From Clostridia bacterium (lineage in GTDB: Bacteria > Bacillota > Clostridia > TANB77 > CAG-508): 64,000 nucleotides of DNA. Numbering within the stretch: the first letter of the stretch is position 1; each line of letters opens with the position of its first letter. The notes beneath the pieces are model-generated. The model saw only the letters and a list, made by a program, of their open reading frames with translations, had not been told where the DNA came from and ran no database searches. The position numbers were made by a program, and so were the translations under genes. Positions 19,051-29,013 of this stretch are shown piece by piece. Location of the stretch: assembly GCA_017469445.1 (NCBI GenBank), contig JAFUGK010000008.1:1291-65290 (forward strand), in the 5' to 3' direction.

Positions 19051-19896
19051 CTACACAGAAACTGGCATAGAGATTTTTCCAAGATGCTCATAATTTACCA
19101 GTTTAATGTCTTTTAATTCTTTGGAATTATCAAACTTGTAAAAATCTTTAATCTCTGGATTTACCCAAAGTTTAGGTGCTGGTTTTGCATCTTTTCTTCT
19201 TGCAAGCTGTGTTTTGATACCATCAATCTGGTTTTCGTAGATATGTGCACTGCCAATGTTCCAGTACATCTTACCTACTTTATACCCAGTAACCTGAGCC
19301 ACAAGATTTGCAAGTACTGCATACTGGCTAACATTAAACGGAAATCCCAATGGCACATCGCATGAACGCTGATAAACAAGTATATCTAACTTGTCCTCAT
19401 TTACCAGCCACTGATGCATGTATACACATGGTGGAAGCGTACCGCTATCCAAGTAATCATACTGGAAAAGATTTATTACATTACGCCTATCAGTTGGATT
19501 TTCTTTTATGGTTTTTATTGCTCTTCTCATCAAATCGAATTTGTTAACAATATAACCATAAGCCGTACCAATAGTTCCTGCAAATTCTTTTCCATAGTTC
19601 TTACCCATGTACATACCATTGTCATCAATTTGCCATTCATCCCAAATGGTAATTCCTCTTTCATGCAGCCATTTTACATCATTGCTTGCTGCTTGGTAAA
19701 TCCAAAGCAGTTCCAATGTAGCATGTTTGAATGCCACAAATTTGGTAGTTAGAATTGGAAATTCTTCACTCAAATCAAATTCCAGGTGCTTACCATGTAC
19801 ATTATACGTTGGTGTACCTGTACGATTTTGTGAATACACTCCCTTTTCCAAAATTTCTTGACATAAATCGAGATACTTTTCGTCAAATTTTGACAT
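19051..19896 (-). CDS. thyA: Thymidylate synthase
   Basis: RTGT, FPILTTK, ELLW, LPPC, YQRSCD, PFN, AHIYENQ. Confidence 0.95.
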   Translation of the reverse strand: MSKFDEKYLDLCQEILEKGVYSQNRTGTPTYNVHGKHLEFDLSEEFPILTTKFVAFKHATLELLWIYQAASNDVKWLHERGITIWDEWQIDDNGMYMGKNYGKEFAGTIGTAYGYIVNKFDLMRRAIKTIKENPTDRRNVINLFQYDYLDSGTLPPCVYMHQWLVNEDKLDILVYQRSCDVPLGFPFNVSQYAVLANLVAQVTGYKVGKMYWNIGSAHIYENQIDGIKTQLARRKDAKPAPKLWVNPEIKDFYKFDNSKELKDIKLVNYEHLGKISMPVSV

Positions 19897-20047
19897 TTCA
19901 CTACCTCCTTATACTGTAAAGAAAATATGTGTAATCTAGCTTGATTAGCTATCGACATACATTATACCAAATTTTTCTATTCATTTCAATATTTATCACA
20001 AAATACAAAAAGCAGTACTGTTATAAGTACCGCTTTTTGTGGGACAT

Positions 20048-20158
20048 TCATGACCAAGAATCATCCTTGAAAATCGACCCATTTTCATTCGTAGCAGAAA
20101 AATATGCTATCGTAATTACTGCAAGAATCAATATACCAATAATCATCTCTCCAGTCAT
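20048..20158 (-). CDS. Small single-TM protein (36 aa), not in ORF track
   Basis: AGGGAGG RBS, MTGEMIIGILILAVITIAYFSATNENGSIFKDDSWS, followed by a terminator-like hairpin at about 20007-20038. Confidence 0.55.
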   Translation of the reverse strand: MTGEMIIGILILAVITIAYFSATNENGSIFKDDSWS

Positions 20159-20271
20159 TTTTTATCCCTCCCTATTAAAATTTATAAAGGATGTTTATTA
20201 TTTTATCACATTTTACATAATTATGCAATTTTGTCCTTTTCGATTCCACTTTTTTATTCGTACCACATATC

Positions 20272-20297
20272 AAAAACCGGTACTTTGTACCGGCTTT
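20272..20297 (-). terminator. Terminator of tRNA operon
   Basis: CCGGTAC-TTT-GTACCGG hairpin with A/T tracts directly after tRNA-Phe. Confidence 0.7.
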
Positions 20298-20301
20298 GCT
20301 A

Positions 20302-20383
20302 TGGTGGTCCGAGGTGGAATCGACAAGCCGCGACCAAAACGGGGATTTTCAGTACCCTGCTCTACCAACTGAGCTATCGAACC
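20302..20383 (-). tRNA. tRNA-Phe(GAA), aberrant T-arm (possible pseudo-tRNA)
   Basis: Acceptor GGTTCGA/TCGGACC, D-arm, CTGAAAA anticodon loop, CCA; variable loop and 5' T-stem replaced by GTTTTGGTCGCGGCTTG; one anticodon-stem mismatch. Confidence 0.75.
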
Positions 20384-20405
20384 ATTATATTTTTAGTAAA
20401 AAAAA

Positions 20406-20482
20406 TGGCGACCTGGAACGGGCTCGAACCGTCGACCTCTAGCGTGACAGGCTAGCGTTCTAACCAACTGAACTACCAGGCC
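20406..20482 (-). tRNA. tRNA-Asp(GTC)
   Basis: Canonical cloverleaf GGCCTGG..CTGTCAC..GGTTCGAGCC..GCCA. Confidence 0.97.
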
Positions 20483-20492
20483 ACAAAAAAAA

Positions 20493-20568
20493 TGGTGGGC
20501 GCAATAGGGCTCGAACCTATGACCTCCTGCTTGTAAGGCAGATGCTCTCCCAGCTGAGCTATGCGCCC
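20493..20568 (-). tRNA. tRNA-Val(TAC)
   Basis: Canonical cloverleaf GGGCGCA..CTTACAA..GGTTCGAGCC..ACCA. Confidence 0.97.
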
Positions 20569-20587
20569 ATTTCTTTTGACAATGTCT

Positions 20588-20616
20588 AGTATACTAAATT
20601 TTTAGTTATATGTCAA
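20588..20616 (-). promoter_or_regulatory. Sigma-A promoter of tRNA Val-Asp-Phe operon
   Basis: TTGACA-N17-TATACT. Confidence 0.8.
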
Positions 20617-20645
20617 GACATTTTGATAAAATTTTACAATTTAAT

Positions 20646-20695
20646 TTATATGCAATTCACAATCTTTCATTTGAAAGGTTGTGAATTGCATATAA
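20646..20695 (-). terminator. Long hairpin after second acyl-CoA ligase
   Basis: TATATGCAATTCACAATCTTTCA/TGAAAGGTTGTGAATTGCATATA near-perfect inverted repeat. Confidence 0.6.
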
Positions 20696-20696
20696 T

Positions 20697-22418
20697 TTAC
20701 TCATCTATTTTAGTATTTTTCCCATATCTTTTAATTTTCTTTGTTGTTGTTTTTTCTAATTCTTCATCTACTATTTTAAAATCTTTTATATGCTTATAAT
20801 TAGGTATTTTAGAATTTATCTTTTGAATAGCATCATTTATTATTTTTCTTATTTGCTCTTTTGTTGGCTCTACATTTAACATTTTTTTGATTGCTTCCAT
20901 ATCCGGAAAAATTTTAGCTTTTACTATTGTGTCGTGTTTCTTCTTATCTTCTACTCCTAACACTATTGCCTCTGCTATTGTATCTTCTTCGTTTAAGTAA
21001 TATTCTAGTTCCTCAGGATATATGTTTTTTCCATTTGTTGTTACTATTACACTCTTACTTCTACCTGTTATATACAAATATCCATTTTCATCTATTTTTC
21101 CTAAATCACCTGTATAAAACCATCCATCTCGTAATGCCTCTTTTGTTGCTGCTTCATTCTTATAGTATCCAAGCATTACATTAGGTCCTTTTACTATTAT
21201 TTCTCCTACTCCTTCATCATTTGGATTATTTATTTTAAATTCCACATTTGGTATTGGTAAACCTGCTGAATCATCTTTATTATAGAAATCATTATTACCT
21301 GCAACAAGCGGAGAACACTCTGTTAGTCCATACCCTTGTAGCACTCTCATTCCAAATTTTTCTATTGAATATGATACTTCTGGATTCATTGCAGCTGCTC
21401 CAACTATAAAGGTATATAGCTTTCCTCCAAATGTTTTCTTTATTTTATTTTTAACTATTCCTCTCATAAATACAGGTAAAGCATCAATTATATTTTTATC
21501 TTTTCTAAAATATTTTGCAGGTAAAGAACTTTTTAATGTTTTCATTATTTTTTTATACATATTATCTAAAAGTAGTGGCACACACAATATTAGTGTAGGC
21601 TTGTACTCTTTCATATTTTGAAGTATATATCTTAATCCTTCACAATGAGCTATGCATCCCCCTGAATATATTACTAGCAAAAAGCCTAATGTACACTCAT
21701 ATGTATGATGTATTGGAAGTATTGATAATACTTTTGTTTTAGGGCTTACTTTTACAATACCTGCAACTGATCTAATATTTTCACATATATTTTTGTGTGA
21801 TAACATAACAGCTTTTGAGCTTCCTGTTGTTCCAGAAGTGAATAACAAAATTTTCATTTCATCTGGATTAATAGTAATTTTCATAAATTCTTCATCATTG
21901 TTATCGATTAATTCTTTTCCTGTTTGCATCATATTATCCATACTATTTTTAGCTTTTCCCATGTTTACTAGTAATACTTTTTTGTTATTTAACTTGTCTA
22001 TGTTTTTTTGCAATTCTTTTAGATACTTATCATCTCCAAATATTGCTTCACTTTCTGATATATTTATAAAGTTAATTATATCATCAATGTGTAACTCTTT
22101 ATCTAATGGAACTACTACACCAACTATAGTTGAAGCCATATATGCTACAGACCATTTATAGCTATTTTTACCTACAACTGCTATTTTTTTATCCTTCAAG
22201 CCTGCTTTTATCATTGCTGTTCCTACTGCTTTTACATCTTCTAAAAATTGTTTGTATGATATTTTTTGTATTTTTCCATTTTCATCTTTAACTTTAAATG
22301 CAGGTTTATTCGAAAACTTATCAGTTGCTTTTAATAGCATATCCTTTAAATCTGTAATTTCATAAGTTTTCATATATTTACTTTCTAATTTTTGTACAAG
22401 CTCTGGTTTTGTATTCAT
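20697..22418 (-). CDS. AMP-binding long-chain fatty acid--CoA ligase (paralog of 9494-11203)
   Basis: FTSGTTG, QGYGLTECSP, GWFYTGDLG, ITGRSK. Confidence 0.9.
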   Translation of the reverse strand: MNTKPELVQKLESKYMKTYEITDLKDMLLKATDKFSNKPAFKVKDENGKIQKISYKQFLEDVKAVGTAMIKAGLKDKKIAVVGKNSYKWSVAYMASTIVGVVVPLDKELHIDDIINFINISESEAIFGDDKYLKELQKNIDKLNNKKVLLVNMGKAKNSMDNMMQTGKELIDNNDEEFMKITINPDEMKILLFTSGTTGSSKAVMLSHKNICENIRSVAGIVKVSPKTKVLSILPIHHTYECTLGFLLVIYSGGCIAHCEGLRYILQNMKEYKPTLILCVPLLLDNMYKKIMKTLKSSLPAKYFRKDKNIIDALPVFMRGIVKNKIKKTFGGKLYTFIVGAAAMNPEVSYSIEKFGMRVLQGYGLTECSPLVAGNNDFYNKDDSAGLPIPNVEFKINNPNDEGVGEIIVKGPNVMLGYYKNEAATKEALRDGWFYTGDLGKIDENGYLYITGRSKSVIVTTNGKNIYPEELEYYLNEEDTIAEAIVLGVEDKKKHDTIVKAKIFPDMEAIKKMLNVEPTKEQIRKIINDAIQKINSKIPNYKHIKDFKIVDEELEKTTTKKIKRYGKNTKIDE

Positions 22419-22540
22419 ATTCTACTCACATCCTCAATTACTATTTCTAAATTTTACCATATATAACTTTTAAAAACAAGGCTACTTGAATACTTTCTTT
22501 AAAAATGCTAAAATATATCTATTGAAAAGGAGCGATAATT

Positions 22541-24184
22541 TTGGCATTTGATGGAATTGTTACAAAAACTATTATTAATGAATTAAATAAAAATATTATA
22601 GGTGCTAAAATAAATAAAGTATTTGAACCTACAAAATCAGATATTATTTTAGGCCTTTATTGCAATGGGAAAAATTATGCTTTAAACATATGCATAAATC
22701 CAGATAATTGCAGGCTACACCTAACTACACATTCTAAAGCTAATCCACAAATTGCCCCTAATTTTTGCATGCTTTTAAGGAAACATCTAATTGGCAGTAG
22801 AATTTTAGCTATCTCTAGCTATGATTTAGAAAGAACTATTGAGTTTACTCTTGAAACTTACAATGAAATTAATGATAAAATCACAAAAAAATTAATTATT
22901 GAAATTATGGGCCACTTTAGTAATGTTATTTTAGTTAATGAAAAAGGTTTTATCATTGACTGTTTAAGGCATTTTGAAAATCCACGTGAGCTTATGCCCA
23001 CTAGATTCTACGAGCCTGTTTCTTCTAATAAAATCTCTTTTGCAAATGTTTCTTTAGAAAAGTTTTTGCAAATAATAAAATTAGGCATTCCCCTAGATAC
23101 TCAACTTTCTGATTTATTTATAGGAATATCTAAATCTTTTGTGCAAAATTTATGTATCTTATTAAATATAGAGTTAAATAATTTTTCTAGTTCTGATTTA
23201 GAAAAATTATTTGCCACTATTTCAAATATTATTTCTGATTTAAATAGCAACATTTGCACATATTCACTTAATAAGGATGATTACTTTATTGTTTCTGATT
23301 CTAATAAAGAAAATTTACAAGTAAACTTCTTTATTGATGATTTTTATTATAAAAAAGAACAACAAGAGCTATTTGTTAATACTAGAAACCGTATTTTAAA
23401 AATTGTTTTAGGTGAACTAAAAAAGTATCAGAAACGATTAGAAAATATTAATACAAAACTTTCAGATTGCAAAAACATGGATAAGTATGCTTTATATGGG
23501 GAACTTTTAACTTCTAACTTGTATAAACTTAAAGGAAATGAATCTGAAGTAACTGTTCTTAATTACTATAATAATGAAACTATTACAATAATACTTGATG
23601 AAAAGCTTTCACCTAGCAAAAACGTAGAAAAATTTTTTAAAAAATATAACAAATTAAAAAATGCTTTAATAGCAGTTTCAAAGCAAAAAAAAGAAACAGA
23701 AATTGAACTTGAATATATAGAAAGCCTAATCTACTCTATTAACGAAGCAACATCCATTTCAACTTTAGAAGAAATTCAACTTGAAATTGAAGAAAATTTT
23801 AATTTGCAAATTAAAAATATTCCAAATGCTAAGAATAAAGAAGTTAAAAACATGCCTTTAAAATATAACATAAATGGTTTTGATGTATTTGTTGGCAAAA
23901 ATAATAAACAAAATGATAGTTTGACTAAGGGAGCCTCTAAAGAAGATTTATGGTTCCATACCCAAGATATTCACGGAAGCCATGTTATATTAAAATCTAC
24001 TGGAAAAATGGTTGATGAAGATACATTATATAAATGTGCCAAACTTGCAGCTAACCATAGTAAAGCTAAACATTCTTTTAATATTCCTGTTGATTATTGC
24101 TATATAAAGTATGTAAAAAAGCCTTCTTATGCAAAGCCTGGAATGGTTACTTATACTAATTATAAAACCATATTTGTTAAATAA
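22541..24184 (+). CDS. rqcH: Ribosome quality control protein RqcH (FbpA/NFACT)
   Basis: MAFDG start, FCMLLRKHL, EIMG, VGKNNKQND, WFH..HGSHV, KPG.V.Y. Confidence 0.92.
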   Translation: MAFDGIVTKTIINELNKNIIGAKINKVFEPTKSDIILGLYCNGKNYALNICINPDNCRLHLTTHSKANPQIAPNFCMLLRKHLIGSRILAISSYDLERTIEFTLETYNEINDKITKKLIIEIMGHFSNVILVNEKGFIIDCLRHFENPRELMPTRFYEPVSSNKISFANVSLEKFLQIIKLGIPLDTQLSDLFIGISKSFVQNLCILLNIELNNFSSSDLEKLFATISNIISDLNSNICTYSLNKDDYFIVSDSNKENLQVNFFIDDFYYKKEQQELFVNTRNRILKIVLGELKKYQKRLENINTKLSDCKNMDKYALYGELLTSNLYKLKGNESEVTVLNYYNNETITIILDEKLSPSKNVEKFFKKYNKLKNALIAVSKQKKETEIELEYIESLIYSINEATSISTLEEIQLEIEENFNLQIKNIPNAKNKEVKNMPLKYNINGFDVFVGKNNKQNDSLTKGASKEDLWFHTQDIHGSHVILKSTGKMVDEDTLYKCAKLAANHSKAKHSFNIPVDYCYIKYVKKPSYAKPGMVTYTNYKTIFVK

Positions 24185-24256
24185 AAAATTTTTGGGGACG
24201 TTTCTAAAAAATATCTTGAGTCTAAGATAATTTTTAGAAACGTCCCCAAAAATTTT
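24185..24256. repeat. Long GGGGAC-type palindrome / bidirectional terminator
   Basis: About 33-bp near-perfect arms TTTTTGGGGACGTTTCTAAAAA. Confidence 0.75.
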
Positions 24257-25085
24257 ATTCATATATCCCTATTTTTCTCATATAATTAATATATCCTGTA
24301 TCTATATTATTCCATATTTCAATTTCTTTATCTAAAATTTCATAATCTAATTTTGAATTTGAAAATTGCTCATATGAGCTAATTATTTCATTTTTAAAAT
24401 CTTCTGGCAATCTTCCTATTATTCTAGAAATGTCAAAATACTTATTTCCAAAACCAGCGAAGCCAAAGTCTATAATTGCAGAAATATGATTATTTTCATC
24501 TACTATTATATTACCTGGATTTAAATCGCCATGTACTAAACAGTTATTATCTTTATTTTTAAATTCTTTATACTTCCAGAAAACTTTGTCTTCTGGATTT
24601 AAATGTTTTTCAATTAATTCATCTAAAAAATCTACTAGATTAAGTCCTATATTATTTGCTTTAAATATTTCACTTTTATCATATTTAATATTATGCAATT
24701 CCACCATAAATTCTGCAATTTCCTTAGATACTTGCTTTATTTCTTCTGGTGACATTGAATTCATTTTTTCTGTTAATGCTTGTCCCTTAATTTTTTTATG
24801 TATGCTAAATGCTCTTTCTTTATCAGAAGATTGTTTTAATAGCACTGTATTAAAATGAGTTTTCCCTTGAATATAATTTGAAAATTCGCAATCTTTAACT
24901 ATTGTTCTTATCCAAAAATCATCTCTTGGAAATCTAAAAAAATAATTTCCATCATTTGTTCCTACTTCAAAAACTATATTGGTCCAACCTGTTGATATTT
25001 GATTTATTGAATTTATTTTTTTATTATTTAATGAATTCTCTATTATTCTATTATAGTCTTCATCTAATGAAAAATACTTTTGCAT
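24255..25085 (-). CDS. Aminoglycoside phosphotransferase/choline kinase-like protein
   Basis: GWTN.VF, FRFPR, Brenner motif HGDLNPGNI, IIDFG. Confidence 0.85.
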   Translation of the reverse strand: MQKYFSLDEDYNRIIENSLNNKKINSINQISTGWTNIVFEVGTNDGNYFFRFPRDDFWIRTIVKDCEFSNYIQGKTHFNTVLLKQSSDKERAFSIHKKIKGQALTEKMNSMSPEEIKQVSKEIAEFMVELHNIKYDKSEIFKANNIGLNLVDFLDELIEKHLNPEDKVFWKYKEFKNKDNNCLVHGDLNPGNIIVDENNHISAIIDFGFAGFGNKYFDISRIIGRLPEDFKNEIISSYEQFSNSKLDYEILDKEIEIWNNIDTGYINYMRKIGIYE

Positions 25086-25104
25086 ATTTTATTTTCATTC
25101 CTCT

Positions 25105-25662
25105 CTACATCATTTTCTTTATCAAGTTTATTATATTTTCTTCTGATTCTTTATCATAGTTGTTGTACAATACATAGTCAAACATAGACATTAATTTTTT
25201 ATCTGTAGTTATCCTATTATAGTGTTCATCTATTTCTTTTAATCTAGCTTGTTCTACTTTTGAATCAAGATTTCTTTCAAGCACTTTTCCTTTTGCAACT
25301 TTCAAATCATTTGGTAGTAAATATATAGTTTTTATATGAGGACAAATACGCTTAAAATCAGCCACTGTAGTATAATGCATTTCAAATACAGTATTTTTAC
25401 TAGAGAAAAGAGATTCCTTTGTATATGCATATATATTACCTAGCATTTCAAACTGATATGCTATTTCCCCGTTATTTACCATTTTTTCTAATTCATCTTT
25501 ACTAATAAATATCTTATCTTCATTTTTAACTTCTGTTTTTCTAGGAGCACGTGTTGTTATTATTCTTATTTTTTCAAATCCTAATTTTTCACACACTTTA
25601 TCCTTGTAATATGATTTTCCTATTCCAGTTATTCCTGCAAATGCTAGTAAAATTTTTATCAC
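25105..25662 (-). CDS. Guanylate kinase-like P-loop kinase
   Basis: GITGIGKS, TTRAPR.TE...D..F, G..Y; divergent from canonical Gmk. Confidence 0.7.
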   Translation of the reverse strand: MIKILLAFAGITGIGKSYYKDKVCEKLGFEKIRIITTRAPRKTEVKNEDKIFISKDELEKMVNNGEIAYQFEMLGNIYAYTKESLFSSKNTVFEMHYTTVADFKRICPHIKTIYLLPNDLKVAKGKVLERNLDSKVEQARLKEIDEHYNRITTDKKLMSMFDYVLYNNYDKESEENIINLIKKMM

Positions 25663-25665
25663 CTC

Positions 25666-25926
25666 TTATTTATCTTCTAATCCTGGTATTCCTATTTTAT
25701 ATTCAAAATCACTCATATAGTCAAAAAGTTCTTTTACTCTTTTTAATGTAAGAATAGACATCTTTGGATGAGGACTTTTTTCATCTCTATTTATTAATTC
25801 TTGCTTATAACAATTTTTGGTTAATTTATACATTAAATATCTTTTATCCATATATGTATAGTATATTTCCAATCCATTGTCTAGGTCTTTCCAGAAGTGG
25901 TTGAATGTGTATTCTTTACTTTTCAT
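25666..25926 (-). CDS. Hypothetical protein
   Basis: 86-aa ORF, RBS AAAGGA, operonic with kinases. Confidence 0.7.
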   Translation of the reverse strand: MKSKEYTFNHFWKDLDNGLEIYYTYMDKRYLMYKLTKNCYKQELINRDEKSPHPKMSILTLKRVKELFDYMSDFEYKIGIPGLEDK

Positions 25927-25953
25927 TTTGAATTATACATTCCTTTCTTAAAT

Positions 25954-26074
25954 GTTGGAAAAGAATTGAGCAAAGTTCTAGGCAAACAAACGAGAAGAAT
26001 CCGAGGCGTACGAGGGTACGTCGCAAGATTTTCGAGTGAAGTTTAACGACGAAATTTGCCAATTGTTTTTCAAC
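25954..26074. repeat. GC-rich structured palindromic element
   Basis: Nested stems ending in apical GGCGTAC-GAGG-GTACGTC hairpin. Confidence 0.65.
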
Positions 26075-26104
26075 TTATCTCTTTTAATATTTTAAAATTT
26101 TCTC

Positions 26105-28303
<2,199 letters not shown>

Positions 28304-28316
28304 CTTAATCAAAATT

Positions 28317-28910
28317 TTAATCTTTAAGTAAGTCTTTGCCGTCTTTTAAATAATTCCAACCAGAAAATATAGTCGCAATTACTGAAATAAGCATCATTAC
28401 AGACCAGAAAATATTAATTAATAAGCTTAAGCCTGTAAGATTTCCATTTGCAAATGAGAAAAATTCATTTGTATCTAAAAATGCTGCTATAATTGCAATC
28501 ATTTGTGTAACTGTTTTTAGTTTGCCCCAAATATTTGCAGCTATAACCTTTCCTCCTTTTTCTACAGCAATTAATCTATATCCAGATACAACAAATTCTC
28601 TTGCTAGTACAATTATTGGAATCCATGCTGGAAGTCTAGTTTGTTCTACTAACATTATTAATGCTGCTAAAACAAGAATTTTGTCTGCTAATGGATCTGC
28701 AAATTTTCCAAATGAAGTTACTTGATTAGTTTTCCTCGCAATTTGCCCATCTAACTTATCTGTAATTGATGCAATTACAAATATTATATTAATAATCCAA
28801 TATTCTATTGGTACAATAAAAAAATCTCCCTGTATTCTTAAAAATGGAATAATAACCATTATTGGTACTAGCACTATTCTAAATATTGTAAGTTTATTAG
28901 GTAAATTCAT
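28317..28910 (-). CDS. pgsA: CDP-diacylglycerol--glycerol-3-phosphate 3-phosphatidyltransferase
   Basis: MNLPNKLT.FR, TDKLDGQIARK..Q.TSFGKFADPLADK, GKLKT..Q. Confidence 0.95.
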   Translation of the reverse strand: MNLPNKLTIFRIVLVPIMVIIPFLRIQGDFFIVPIEYWIINIIFVIASITDKLDGQIARKTNQVTSFGKFADPLADKILVLAALIMLVEQTRLPAWIPIIVLAREFVVSGYRLIAVEKGGKVIAANIWGKLKTVTQMIAIIAAFLDTNEFFSFANGNLTGLSLLINIFWSVMMLISVIATIFSGWNYLKDGKDLLKD

Positions 28911-29013
28911 AACTCTTCTCCTTATTTTTTAGTATATCTATTTTACCATTTAAAAGCATTTATATCAATATTCATATTGTAAATTTTATTCAAGATCTGT
29001 CCCAAGTTGGGAA

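Noticed and set aside
19941-20455. ORFs of 143 and 74 aa on +
   Set aside because: Overlap tRNA genes and the minus-strand microprotein; no RBS
24255-25085. Aminoglycoside resistance gene
   Set aside because: Only the generic APH/choline kinase fold is evident; no mobile context
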